DNA from: a virus
Length of the DNA stretch: 64,000 nucleotides
Strand: one strand, 5' to 3'
Virus record (IMG/VR): IMGVR_UViG_3300025840_000011
In this document: positions 18,137-27,912 of the stretch, in pieces
How positions within the stretch are numbered: the first letter of the stretch is position 1
Layout: each line of letters begins with the position of its first letter
Position numbers and translations under genes: made by a program
Notes under the pieces: generated by a model
Database searches by the model: none
What the model was told of the DNA's origin: nothing
The model's input: the letters and a program-made list of their open reading frames with translations, nothing else

Positions 18137-18837
18137 AACCCAAAGTCAATACGCTTCCGCAGAAGTTACGCATTGATGATCTAAGAACCTTCGAACCAAT
18201 CACAGCCTCTCAAGAAAAAGTTTATGCGGCCTGGGATAACGGTGATCATATCGTAATGTCCGGATCTGCCGGCACAGGTAAAACCTTCAGTGCGTTATAT
18301 CTTGGACTAGAAGAAGTTCTGGATAAAGGTAAGATGCCTGACAAGATCATACTTGTTCGATCCATAGTACCTACACGAGAGATCGGTTTTCTGCCAGGCA
18401 CCTTAGAAGAAAAGATCGATGCATACACGGGTCCATACCGTGCACTGTGTTATGAACTCTTCGATGACAAAGAGGCCTATGACAAACTGATCAAAGAGGG
18501 TGTGATTGAGTTCGTCTCAACATCATTCATTCGAGGGTTCACGTTTGACGATGCCGTGATCATAATCGATGAGATGCAGAACTGTACATTTCACGAGTTG
18601 GACTCTATAATTACACGAGTGGGTCACAACTGCCGAATCATCTTTTGTGGGGACTACAGACAGACAGACTTCACCAAAGAAACCGACAAAAAAGGACTGT
18701 TAAAGTTCCTTGATGTTATAGATAATATGACTAAGTTCACTAACGTAGAGTTCACTTGGTCTGACATTGTGAGGTCAGACTTCGTAAGGGATTACATTAT
18801 GACCAAGGAAATGTTGGGATACAACAGAGAGGAATAA
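18133..18837 (+). CDS. phoH: PhoH-like ATPase
   Basis: GSAGTGKT, IGFLPG, RGFTF, IIDEMQN, CGDYRQTD, IVRS. Confidence 0.92.
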   Translation: MKPKVNTLPQKLRIDDLRTFEPITASQEKVYAAWDNGDHIVMSGSAGTGKTFSALYLGLEEVLDKGKMPDKIILVRSIVPTREIGFLPGTLEEKIDAYTGPYRALCYELFDDKEAYDKLIKEGVIEFVSTSFIRGFTFDDAVIIIDEMQNCTFHELDSIITRVGHNCRIIFCGDYRQTDFTKETDKKGLLKFLDVIDNMTKFTNVEFTWSDIVRSDFVRDYIMTKEMLGYNREE

Positions 18838-18841
18838 GGAA

Positions 18842-19342
18842 ATGCAACTTAGCGCGAACTTTGTATTGGCGGAATTCACAAAATCAGCCACTGCAACAAA
18901 AAAAGGGATTGACAACACCCCTCAAGACGAACACCTTGAAAACCTAAAATACGTTGTCCAGAATATCTGTCAACCAGTGCGTGAGGCATTTGGTAGACCA
19001 GTACGTATCAACAGTGGATATAGATCCCCCGCACTGAACAAAGCGGTTGGTGGTTCTAAAACATCACAACACTGTAACGGACAAGCCGTTGACTTTGAGA
19101 TCAACGGTGTTGCCAATCTTGCACTCGCAGATTGGATCAGTGAGAATTTGACTTTCGATCAACTCATCCTAGAATTCTATAACCCTGATGAGGGTGAGAA
19201 CTCTGGTTGGGTTCACGCTTCGGTCAGATCGGATGGTCAAAATAGAGGTCAAAAACTTATTGCGTTCAAGGACGGGAGACGTACCCGTTACGAGGTGGTA
19301 GATGATTTTGACCCTGACAATAACTACGACAAGTATCTCTGA
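18842..19342 (+). CDS. Peptidase M15 endolysin
   Basis: SGYRS...SQHCNGQAVD...DQLILEF...WVHAS. Confidence 0.85.
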   Translation: MQLSANFVLAEFTKSATATKKGIDNTPQDEHLENLKYVVQNICQPVREAFGRPVRINSGYRSPALNKAVGGSKTSQHCNGQAVDFEINGVANLALADWISENLTFDQLILEFYNPDEGENSGWVHASVRSDGQNRGQKLIAFKDGRRTRYEVVDDFDPDNNYDKYL

Positions 19343-19359
19343 TATATAAAGGGGTGAAC

Positions 19360-19509
19360 ATGGCGAAGTTCAGTCGGCATGACACTAGAAACAAAAAACG
19401 TAACAGACATAAGAATCTAACCAAGAGTGGATTCGTGGGAAAGATGCATCATGACTTCAGGCGAAAACCCAAATACAAATCTGATATTTCAGTATCTAGT
19501 TATAAATGA
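19360..19509 (+). CDS. 49-aa basic protein (not in ORF track)
   Basis: MAKFSRHDTRNKKRNRHK; GGGGTG SD; overlaps next gene. Confidence 0.45.
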   Translation: MAKFSRHDTRNKKRNRHKNLTKSGFVGKMHHDFRRKPKYKSDISVSSYK

Positions 19510-20308
19510 TGACCTAGACGAAAAACGGGGAGATATCCAAGGTAGATCACGATCACAACTGTATCGTGAGATGGCAGATATCTCCCGCGAGTCATTTGAG
19601 ATTTACGCCAAAACTGTTGGCGCTGATTACCTTTACTCTGATGAAGCGGTGTTCACCAAAGAAGAATATGTACGGGACACTACCGTGTGTCTGTTCGAGT
19701 GTCTTCGAGTAATCTACGATGAGTCGTTCGACAAGTATGACAAGGTTCTCTTTGTCGATACTGACATTGTAGCGAACACCGAACGAAACATCTTCGAAGA
19801 GGCTGATGGTGAAGTCTCTGGTGTACTAGAGTCTGATATTCGAACTGCTAACGGTGGTGGATATAATGCATGGGACCACAAGGAATCTACTCTTCGAGAT
19901 TACGTAGAGAAGTATGAGTGGCATGACGTACCCATAGTACCCGCCTTCGGAGTAATCCCTTCCAAACTAACAATCATGAATACCGGAGTAGTTGTCTGGA
20001 CACGCGAGGCGCGTATACGTGCGCGAGAGGTCTTTGACGATTGGAAGTGGTGGTTCTTTGAGGGTCCGGTTAAACACATGTCAATCATGAATGATCAACC
20101 TTATATCTCAGGCCAACTGGTGAAACACGATTTCGATATCGGTTGTATGGATCAGTTCTGGAACGACACACCAACACACTACTCCGATCCTTGGGGTGAG
20201 GAAGCCATGTCTGCTGGGTTTCTTCACTACACTGGTGGCGAGAATAAGATCGTCATGGTGGACGGTTACAGGGAAAAAAAGTTTCCTATTTTTGAAAAAA
20301 GTTCTTGA
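19451..20308 (+). CDS. GT-A glycosyltransferase (GT8/GT34-like)
   Basis: VLFVDTD, MNTGVVV, NDQPYI, FLHY. Confidence 0.8.
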   Translation: MTSGENPNTNLIFQYLVINDDLDEKRGDIQGRSRSQLYREMADISRESFEIYAKTVGADYLYSDEAVFTKEEYVRDTTVCLFECLRVIYDESFDKYDKVLFVDTDIVANTERNIFEEADGEVSGVLESDIRTANGGGYNAWDHKESTLRDYVEKYEWHDVPIVPAFGVIPSKLTIMNTGVVVWTREARIRAREVFDDWKWWFFEGPVKHMSIMNDQPYISGQLVKHDFDIGCMDQFWNDTPTHYSDPWGEEAMSAGFLHYTGGENKIVMVDGYREKKFPIFEKSS

Positions 20309-20333
20309 CATTTCTTGCCTGATCAGTTATAGT
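20305..20333 (+). promoter_or_regulatory. Early promoter P3
   Basis: TTGACA TTTCTTGCC-17-TATAGT. Confidence 0.8.
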
Positions 20334-20355
20334 GTAACTGAATTAAGGAACTGTT

Positions 20356-20937
20356 ATGAAAACAGATTATGAAAAAGTGATTCTGACTGATGTTGATGGA
20401 GTACTCCTTAACTGGGGTTACGCCTTCGATATCTGGATGAATCAACATGGTTATGAAATGAAAAATCGGGATGTCTATGACATCGCTCAGTGTTACGGTA
20501 TCTCTAAAACTAAGGGTAAGGAACTGGTAAAACACTTCAATGAGAGTGCGGCGATTGGTTTCATTCCCCCTCTCAGGGACGCAATCCACTACGTGAGAAA
20601 GTTACACGAAGAACACGGATATGTGTTTCACGCAATTACCAGTCTGAGTCTTGATCCCCACGCTGCAAAGTTGCGGGAGATGAATCTCGCAAAGTTGTTT
20701 GGTGAGACTGCGTTTGAAAAGGTTGTCTGCCTCGATACTGGTGCGGACAAAGACGAAGAACTTGTGAAGTACAAGGATACTGGTTTCGTCTGGATTGAAG
20801 ACAAAATCGAGAATGCCCATGTAGGAGATAAATTCGGTCTAGATAGTATCGTCATGGAACATGGTTACAATATGAACGACTACACGTTTCCTCTGATGAA
20901 AAACTGGAAAGAGGTATATGAATACCTAGAGGGTTGA
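20356..20937 (+). CDS. HAD-family 5'-nucleotidase-like protein (T4 gp30.2-like)
   Basis: LTDVDGVLLNW, AITSL, WIEDK, HGYN. Confidence 0.8.
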   Translation: MKTDYEKVILTDVDGVLLNWGYAFDIWMNQHGYEMKNRDVYDIAQCYGISKTKGKELVKHFNESAAIGFIPPLRDAIHYVRKLHEEHGYVFHAITSLSLDPHAAKLREMNLAKLFGETAFEKVVCLDTGADKDEELVKYKDTGFVWIEDKIENAHVGDKFGLDSIVMEHGYNMNDYTFPLMKNWKEVYEYLEG

Positions 20938-22434
20938 ATGAGATACATAGGATTCTCTGAGTTCTATCATGATGCGGGAGTCAGTGTCATCGAAGAAGAT
21001 GGCACTGTCTCCTATGCAACACATGCAGAACGATGGTCTAAGAAAAAGAATGATGCGATAATCCCACCTGAGTTGTGGGATTTTGTAGGCCAAGAAAAAG
21101 GTGATGTGGTCACCTTTTATGAGGACCACCACATCAAGTATAACGTTCGTGGTGGTTTGGCGGTAGAACCTAAGTTAGACAATTACAAAAAAGAACTCCA
21201 TTACCACCACAAGATCCCTGTGTATGAGTCTCTTGTGTATGACAAGAAAGAACTACATCACACATCCCATTGTGCGGGTGCATTCTATACACGCCCTTGG
21301 CAGTCAATAGAAGATACCGTAATGGTGTCGATTGATGGTGCTGGAGAAGTCCAGACTGGGGTCATCCTAGATCACAACTTCAATCTAATCAAAGAGTGGC
21401 ACTACCCTAAGTCCGTTGGGTTAATCTATGCAATGGTCACTGAGTTTCTTGGTCTGAGACCTCTAGAGGACGAATACGTGGTCATGGGATTATCATCCTA
21501 TGGTGAACCCGTATTCGCCGACTGGTTGTACGAACAATATCACAAGTTCTCTGATATCGCAAAGGAGATAGAAGAGGGTACTCTCATTGGGGTCAGTCAT
21601 TCGGATAGAGAGAAACGAAGAAAGGTTTTCCGTAAGGAACTAAAATGGAAGTGTTACAACAACAAGGACCAAGACTCCGCTGCATCTGTACAGGAGTTTG
21701 CGGAACGTGCAATCCTTGAGATCATGCGTGAGGCGCGTAAACACGGATCTAAGTTAGTCTACTCTGGTGGATGTGCACAGAACGTTGTTACGAACTCTAA
21801 GATCGCAGAATTGTTTGATGAGGTTCACATTGCAATCGCTCCCGCAGACTCAGGGTCTTCTCTGGGGTGCGCCGCAAAAACGTGGGCGGATGAGACCGGA
21901 GGAACTCATCTTCGTTGGAACCCTTACTTAGGAACCAACATTGACCGTGAGATTAACCCGTCCGATGTTGTTGACCACTTATTGTCAGAACAATACTGTG
22001 GTATCGCAAACGGTAGATCAGAGTTTGGTCCACGTGCACTGGGTAACAGATCCTTGATTGCAGACGTTCGGTTTGATGTCAAGGATACGGTCAACGCAAT
22101 CAAACGGAGACAGAAGTATCGTCCATTTGCTCCTGCGATTCTCGAAGAGTATGCGGACCAATATTTCTCTGGTCCGATGAATGAGTACATGCAATTTACC
22201 AGTAAGGCATTACATGACTACAAGTCGGTGACCCATGTAGATGGAACCGCAAGGGTACAGGTTGTCCGTAAGGATTGTCAATCTATATTCCGTAAAATTA
22301 TTGAAGAGTACTATGAACGCACTGGTGTCCCTATGCTCTTGAATACTAGTCTTAACGTTAGGGGTAGACCTATGGTCGATGATCTTCGAGACGCTAAGAT
22401 TTGGGAAAGTACATATAACGTAAGGGTATTTTAA
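20938..22434 (+). CDS. O-carbamoyltransferase (NodU/CmcH/TobZ family)
   Basis: HDAG, HHTSH, IDGAGE, VMGLSSYG, SGGCAQN, EFGPRALGNRS, YRPFAP, HVDGTARVQ, LNTSLN. Confidence 0.92.
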   Translation: MRYIGFSEFYHDAGVSVIEEDGTVSYATHAERWSKKKNDAIIPPELWDFVGQEKGDVVTFYEDHHIKYNVRGGLAVEPKLDNYKKELHYHHKIPVYESLVYDKKELHHTSHCAGAFYTRPWQSIEDTVMVSIDGAGEVQTGVILDHNFNLIKEWHYPKSVGLIYAMVTEFLGLRPLEDEYVVMGLSSYGEPVFADWLYEQYHKFSDIAKEIEEGTLIGVSHSDREKRRKVFRKELKWKCYNNKDQDSAASVQEFAERAILEIMREARKHGSKLVYSGGCAQNVVTNSKIAELFDEVHIAIAPADSGSSLGCAAKTWADETGGTHLRWNPYLGTNIDREINPSDVVDHLLSEQYCGIANGRSEFGPRALGNRSLIADVRFDVKDTVNAIKRRQKYRPFAPAILEEYADQYFSGPMNEYMQFTSKALHDYKSVTHVDGTARVQVVRKDCQSIFRKIIEEYYERTGVPMLLNTSLNVRGRPMVDDLRDAKIWESTYNVRVF

Positions 22435-22435
22435 T

Positions 22436-22783
22436 ATGAAGGCAGGTAAAGTTTGGGGTCAGACGGAACTGATCGAAGCGAACGGTGTACTAGAGTTTCA
22501 TCGTATCGAAATGAAGAAGGGTGGTGTGTGTTCCAAACACAAACACAAGTATAAGTGGAACGGGTTCTTCTGTGAGTCCGGAGAACTACTCATTCGAGTG
22601 TGGAAGAACGCATATGATCTTGTTGATGAAACAATTCTCAAGCCCGGACAGTATACCAAGGTTGCGCCAGGCGAGTTTCACCAGTTCGAATGTTTGAAGG
22701 ATGGTGTCGCCTATGAATTGTACTGGGCGGAGTTCAACCATGATGATATTGAAAGAGAGTCCGTAGGGTTCCAACAGGTATAA
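22436..22783 (+). CDS. Cupin
   Basis: KVWG...SKHKHKYK...HQF. Confidence 0.75.
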   Translation: MKAGKVWGQTELIEANGVLEFHRIEMKKGGVCSKHKHKYKWNGFFCESGELLIRVWKNAYDLVDETILKPGQYTKVAPGEFHQFECLKDGVAYELYWAEFNHDDIERESVGFQQV

Positions 22784-22789
22784 AATATT

Positions 22790-23113
22790 ATGAAATTCAA
22801 AAGTTCAAGTATTGAAGGAACGGTTGTAAAAAATGATGATCGTTACATTGTAAAGGATAACACAACACTAAAAAATCTTGTTGTTAGTTCAACAAGATTA
22901 AATCCACGCAAAAGCACAAGTGGACACAAGCACGAAGGACAGGAAGAAGTTTACATGTTTCTTGAAGGCAGTGGCACTATGGAACTGGATGATGTAACTC
23001 ATAATGTTGAAGCAGGCGACACTGTGTTAATTGAGGACGGTGTGTTTCATCGTGTTCATGCAGGCAATGAAGAATTGTATTTTGTATGCGTGTTTGATGG
23101 AAGTAGAAAGTAA
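22790..23113 (+). CDS. Cupin
   Basis: GHKHEGQEEVY...AGD...FHRV. Confidence 0.8.
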   Translation: MKFKSSSIEGTVVKNDDRYIVKDNTTLKNLVVSSTRLNPRKSTSGHKHEGQEEVYMFLEGSGTMELDDVTHNVEAGDTVLIEDGVFHRVHAGNEELYFVCVFDGSRK

Positions 23114-23125
23114 CGAGACAAACGG

Positions 23126-23133
23126 TATAAATA
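23126..23133 (+). promoter_or_regulatory. T4-type late promoter
   Basis: TATAAATA upstream of 23164. Confidence 0.7.
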
Positions 23134-23163
23134 CTTCCGACAATAACAATAAGAGAGGTAACC

Positions 23164-23502
23164 ATGTCGGAAGAAAAACAAACCTTAACTGTCGATAAGG
23201 ACAGTGATCTCAGTACAGCAGATTTGAATGGTGATGGTCACATCTCTAATGAAGAGTTGTCGATGCACCTTGAGTTCAAGAGAAGAGAACTCGAAGACAA
23301 AGACGCACAGAGAGACGCCATTCGTAAGATGGCTTGGTTCTCCCTGTTCGGACTTTTAGTCTATCCGTTAGGTATTGTAATCACTGCGGTTCTGGGTCTA
23401 GAAAAGGCTGCCGAACTTATTGCAGATATTGCACCTACCTACTTTGCATCGATTGCGGTTCTGGTGGCAGCGTTCTTCGGAGCAGACGCCTACAAGAAAT
23501 AG
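23164..23502 (+). CDS. EF-hand-like plus two-TM membrane protein (holin candidate)
   Basis: DLNGDGHISNEE loop; two hydrophobic helices. Confidence 0.55.
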   Translation: MSEEKQTLTVDKDSDLSTADLNGDGHISNEELSMHLEFKRRELEDKDAQRDAIRKMAWFSLFGLLVYPLGIVITAVLGLEKAAELIADIAPTYFASIAVLVAAFFGADAYKK

Positions 23503-23517
23503 ATAAGTACCTTTATT

Positions 23518-24384
23518 ATGAGAAAAGTTTCGTGGAGAGGTACGCCAGGCGTTGGAGATTTTATGTGGGCACTTAACTGTGCACACAACTACTCCTATGA
23601 ATTCAAAGAAACAGTAGACCTCACCTTCCATTGGGAACACGGTGAGGACTACCTTCATCACTTCGAAGATCCCGAAACCATAATCGAAAGACTCGAATAC
23701 ATTCACAACTTCTATCACCGGAAAGAGGATGTGGTGGTAAACCACGTCTTCAACTCAACAGATCCCATGTACTCCTCTTGGAAATTTTCTGATGATGTGA
23801 TCCAGAAAGATGGTGAACACAAACCAACCATAGTCGCCAAGGGGACAGAGAAAAAACGGTTCTGGTTCGAAGACGGTTGGTTTAATGACGAGAAGGGGAG
23901 GACACTACCCTACAACGACTGGGCGTTCAGACAAGACAGTTTTCTCCCAAAAGACGATAACAAGATAGTTGTCTGGACTCCTATCCTAAATGCAGAAACA
24001 CCAAGAACTTGGAAAAGACTCTTGCCAAACCGTGAATGGTATGGTATAATAAATCTACTTCGCCGCTCAGGGTTCAATGTAGTAGAGTTGTCTTATCGTA
24101 CTCCGGTAAGAGAGGCGATGTACCATATCTCTAACTGTAGACTAGTGTTCTGTTATGATGGTATGTGGCATTACATTGCAAGGAACTTCTTTAAACCCAT
24201 GATTGTGATGAGTGATCAGGGTGTGACTACATACCACACCCCTCAGGCTCAGAAGTTATCTCCGAATAAGGACGATAAGAGAAAGAATATATACGAGATG
24301 AAAAAGAACATGAACGAGTTTCTGGGTCTTCCGAAGAAGAGGGCCGTTGAATTTCAGAAAGCGATGCAGTGGATCTATGACTGA
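23518..24384 (+). CDS. GT-B glycosyltransferase (GT9/heptosyltransferase-like)
   Basis: GVGDFMWAL; CRLVFCYDGMWHYIA...KPMIV. Confidence 0.55.
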   Translation: MRKVSWRGTPGVGDFMWALNCAHNYSYEFKETVDLTFHWEHGEDYLHHFEDPETIIERLEYIHNFYHRKEDVVVNHVFNSTDPMYSSWKFSDDVIQKDGEHKPTIVAKGTEKKRFWFEDGWFNDEKGRTLPYNDWAFRQDSFLPKDDNKIVVWTPILNAETPRTWKRLLPNREWYGIINLLRRSGFNVVELSYRTPVREAMYHISNCRLVFCYDGMWHYIARNFFKPMIVMSDQGVTTYHTPQAQKLSPNKDDKRKNIYEMKKNMNEFLGLPKKRAVEFQKAMQWIYD

Positions 24385-25360
24385 TATTAAAATAGACAGA
24401 GCGGTTATTGAGGTTCAGGGTGCCTGTAACTTTGACTGTACCATGTGTCCCCAAGACAAACGTGCGGGAGGTAGACACAAGGGGTTCCTAACCAAGATGA
24501 GTCTTCTAGAGTTTGAAGACAACGTGTATGACTGTGTACAACACGGACTTCGAGTAGTGAACCTAGATGGTTCTGGTGAGGCGACGATTAATCGTAACCT
24601 ACCCGAATACATCAAGATCGTTAAGAAGTATAACGCACAGGCGATTATCTTCTCGAACGGTTTTCGTATGCGTGGTCAGTTCATGAGAGATTGCGTAGAC
24701 GCTGGTCTCGATTTCTTTCGGTTCTCTTTCATTGGACCAACACCCGAACTCTACGATAAGTGGATGCACAACACACGGGGAAGTTCATACGAACTGATCA
24801 AACAAAACGTCAAAGAGATGAAGGAGTACGTCGATCAAACTGGTAGCGGTTGTGTTGTGGAGACCTATCACTTGATCACAGACAACGATAACCTAGAATG
24901 GGAACTAGATAAGTACAAAGAACTAGTCGAAGAACTTGGTGTCAAAACAGAAATTTGGAAGATGCATAACTGGTCTGGTGCTTGGGACATTGGAAAGAAT
25001 GCACGAAAAGGTGAGGTAAAAACTTGTGGAAGGCCTTTTAGTCCTGACGTTGTTATCCGTGCTGGCGGTCTTGATGGTCAACGGGGTGCTGTTCATCCTT
25101 GTTGCCAAGTCCTTGGTAGAGACGAAGAAGCCGTCCTTGGACACACCAGTCAAAACACAATCGAAGAGATTATTCGGGGAGAAGAGTACTCTGCGTTGAG
25201 ACAGGCTCATCGTACTGGAGACTATCCCGATTACTGTAAGTCCTGTGATTTCTTATTAGATGATCCAGAGGTGCTCGTGTATACAAATCACGATAGAGAC
25301 CTATACAAGATGATCGGGACTGAATTTGATCTAAACGACTATCGGGAGGTAGTAGAATGA
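24377..25360 (+). CDS. Radical SAM protein with SPASM/twitch domain
   Basis: CNFDCTMC, GSGEA, C-terminal CGRP...PCC...CKSC. Confidence 0.9.
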   Translation: MTDIKIDRAVIEVQGACNFDCTMCPQDKRAGGRHKGFLTKMSLLEFEDNVYDCVQHGLRVVNLDGSGEATINRNLPEYIKIVKKYNAQAIIFSNGFRMRGQFMRDCVDAGLDFFRFSFIGPTPELYDKWMHNTRGSSYELIKQNVKEMKEYVDQTGSGCVVETYHLITDNDNLEWELDKYKELVEELGVKTEIWKMHNWSGAWDIGKNARKGEVKTCGRPFSPDVVIRAGGLDGQRGAVHPCCQVLGRDEEAVLGHTSQNTIEEIIRGEEYSALRQAHRTGDYPDYCKSCDFLLDDPEVLVYTNHDRDLYKMIGTEFDLNDYREVVE

Positions 25361-25587
25361 AATCAATAGTTAAGTGGTTTAAAGATTTGTTTTTAGAAGA
25401 GTTTGAGGTCACTATCTGGTTCAAGGGTGGTACAGAATACAGTCCGTCAGAGTTTAAACGGGACTGGCGTATGAAGAAGATCATTACCAAGAAACAAACT
25501 CACTTTGTTGGTATTGATATTGACGGTAACATGGTTGAAATCAAAACAACAACCCCATTTGATTATAGGATTAGGAAGATACATTGA
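25357..25587 (+). CDS. Hypothetical protein
   Basis: ATGA overlap, GGAGG SD. Confidence 0.5.
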   Translation: MKSIVKWFKDLFLEEFEVTIWFKGGTEYSPSEFKRDWRMKKIITKKQTHFVGIDIDGNMVEIKTTTPFDYRIRKIH

Positions 25588-26369
25588 GACGTTTAATATA
25601 TCAGGTAGCGGTAGGTAAACCCTCTCAACTTTACGAACACTGTATTAAGAGTGTCTCGAACTACTGTAAGTATCATGGAATTGGTCACATAGTACAGAGA
25701 CAACCGATATTTCGTATTGCTCCCGATCCCTTTAACATGGGTCGATCCCGCGAGTCCTTCGAGAAGTACGGTGGTTACCTACCTATCTTTGAGAAAGAGG
25801 TTGCGTTCAATTATCTGGATGAGTATGACCAGATCGCAATCGTGGATGCTGACATCTACATCCGTCCTAACTCCCCCAATATCTTCGAAGACTTTGGGAC
25901 AGACAGGGCGTTCGGTGCGGTCATCGAACGGGAGATGCCTATCAGGAGTTGGTACATCGACAAGATAATCAACTACTCTCGTATGCAGTACGGACAACTC
26001 CACAACAACAAAGTTGATTTCAAACCAACAGCGGCAGGGTTCGAGTATGCGAACATGGGGTTGATCCTACTCAACAGTGAGAAGTTTAAACCTTTCCTCA
26101 AGGGGCAGACAGGTAAACAGTTTCTCGAACGTGCAGAGTTCAAGAACTTTGTTGATGGTGTGGGCCCTTGGAAGTGGAGTACAGATCAAACACTACTAAA
26201 CTACTTTGTTAAGAAGTACAACGTTCCTTTCAGGAAAATGCACTGGAAGTGGAACGGTCTATACACCGCAAATGACAAGATAGAAGATTGTCACTTCGTC
26301 CATTTCTTCCTGAAGGATAAACTACCTAATCAGGGAGAGGATGTTGTGGAATTGATGAATCGGATATGA
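25584..26369 (+). CDS. GT-A glycosyltransferase
   Basis: IVDADIY, NMGLILL, TDQTLLN, WNGL, FVHF. Confidence 0.8.
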   Translation: MRRLIYQVAVGKPSQLYEHCIKSVSNYCKYHGIGHIVQRQPIFRIAPDPFNMGRSRESFEKYGGYLPIFEKEVAFNYLDEYDQIAIVDADIYIRPNSPNIFEDFGTDRAFGAVIEREMPIRSWYIDKIINYSRMQYGQLHNNKVDFKPTAAGFEYANMGLILLNSEKFKPFLKGQTGKQFLERAEFKNFVDGVGPWKWSTDQTLLNYFVKKYNVPFRKMHWKWNGLYTANDKIEDCHFVHFFLKDKLPNQGEDVVELMNRI

Positions 26370-27160
26370 AACCCAAAGTAGCGATGGGGTTGTGTTACCC
26401 TTCGGGTTCGGGTGGCATGTTCCTTACGGAATTGATCTACCCAACCACGGATGATAAGTCCGGTAAGTACGAGACTAATCCAGGCTGTAACCGTTCCGTA
26501 TCTCACAATGAGTATGGTGGTGCACAAGAGTGTGTCTTCGTTGATAACACCGATGGACCCCTTGAGGCGAACGAGAAGTCTATCCTTGTTGCGAAGTTAA
26601 ATATCCACAAGTATCTACCGTTCTATGACTGTCCGATTACATATCAGATAGATGTACAGGACGATGAGTCCTACGCATTTACGCAAGAACTCTTCTTCTT
26701 AAAAAAATACCTTGGGGGGTATCCTCAGTACGAAGAAGAGTTTAAGGACGTATTCCAAGAGTCTGGACTGTCTGAACTGTTGTCTGAATTCAAGAGTATA
26801 CATCCCTATTCAAAGATCGCCACGGATCTCTATCGAATGTACCTAGAAGTAGGTCAGATAAACAGAGATATGGTGTTGAGTCAATGCAGAACAATTTATT
26901 CAGAATACCTTGACAGGGGACAAAAATCAAGGTATAATAAGAAAGAACGTTGGGACAGGGATACTAATATTGATCGTAGTGCGTTGTATGATCCAGAAGA
27001 GATAAAGAAGCACACGCACCTAGAGGTGATCAGTTATGCCGATCTGTTTCTAAACGGTAAACAGACTTGGACAATCTGGGATAGTTACCTAGAGGAGATA
27101 GGAGAGTACACAGAAAGAAACTGGAGACTCATCGAACAGTTTGAGGACGAATTCTTATAA
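26366..27160 (+). CDS. Divergent sulfotransferase-fold protein
   Basis: YPSGSGGMFLTEL N-terminal loop; ISYADL near C-terminus. Confidence 0.4.
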   Translation: MKPKVAMGLCYPSGSGGMFLTELIYPTTDDKSGKYETNPGCNRSVSHNEYGGAQECVFVDNTDGPLEANEKSILVAKLNIHKYLPFYDCPITYQIDVQDDESYAFTQELFFLKKYLGGYPQYEEEFKDVFQESGLSELLSEFKSIHPYSKIATDLYRMYLEVGQINRDMVLSQCRTIYSEYLDRGQKSRYNKKERWDRDTNIDRSALYDPEEIKKHTHLEVISYADLFLNGKQTWTIWDSYLEEIGEYTERNWRLIEQFEDEFL

Positions 27161-27163
27161 ATA
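27156..27163 (+). promoter_or_regulatory. T4-type late promoter
   Basis: TATAAATA upstream of 27211. Confidence 0.7.
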
Positions 27164-27210
27164 AAGAAGGTGAACATCTATATTAAAAGAGTGATTAACA
27201 GGAGAACCTT

Positions 27211-27909
27211 ATGTTAGAACCACAAGAGTTTGTGAAGAAAATTCGCAACGAAAACCAAGCCCTCTTCGAGGCGTCTAAGATGAATGTCAAGGCGTACTTC
27301 GAAGGTGACCTTTCCGAAGAGGAAATGGTCGATCACTTCATTGGTCGCATGGTCAATGAACGTATGAACATGTCTGAGATTTCTATGCAGATTGCAAATG
27401 CAGCGGATGACGCAGACCCCAAAGAATTAGAACTTCTTTCTAAACAAGCCGCAGACGAGGCGAAACACTATCGCATGGTCAAGGAAGTTATCGAACACAT
27501 CTCTGGTGAGGAGATCGATGCAGCCTCTGCAATCCGCAAGGAACGTGAGATGGATACCGCAAAGGGTGCGACTCTGTTAGAGAAGTATGGTGCAGAGAAT
27601 GACGAAGCAGTTCTCGCCGCGTATCAGTTGGTTGCGGAAGGACGTGCGGAAGCAGTCTGGAACCAGATGGCAGACACCATCGAAGACTCATTCATTTCAA
27701 GTCGTTATCGTGAGATCGCAAAGGACGAAGGTTTCCACAGTGCAATCGGTGGATACAAACTACGCAAGGTTGCAACAGACGAAGAGACACAGAACCGTGT
27801 CCAACGTGTTGTTGAAGGTATGCGTAAAGACCTTTTTGAAATCTCGTGTGCAAACACAGTTGAAGCGACTGGATCACGTGAACTCGTAAACGAAGCTTAC
27901 GGTTGGTAA
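27211..27909 (+). CDS. Ferritin-like diiron-carboxylate protein
   Basis: E...DEAKH...E...DEGFH ligand pattern. Confidence 0.75.
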   Translation: MLEPQEFVKKIRNENQALFEASKMNVKAYFEGDLSEEEMVDHFIGRMVNERMNMSEISMQIANAADDADPKELELLSKQAADEAKHYRMVKEVIEHISGEEIDAASAIRKEREMDTAKGATLLEKYGAENDEAVLAAYQLVAEGRAEAVWNQMADTIEDSFISSRYREIAKDEGFHSAIGGYKLRKVATDEETQNRVQRVVEGMRKDLFEISCANTVEATGSRELVNEAYGW

Positions 27910-27912
27910 ATC

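Noticed and set aside
27211-27909. Aldehyde-deformylating oxygenase or second NrdB
   Set aside because: Only the generic ExxH pattern is shared; no acyl-ACP reductase partner and no NrdB signature
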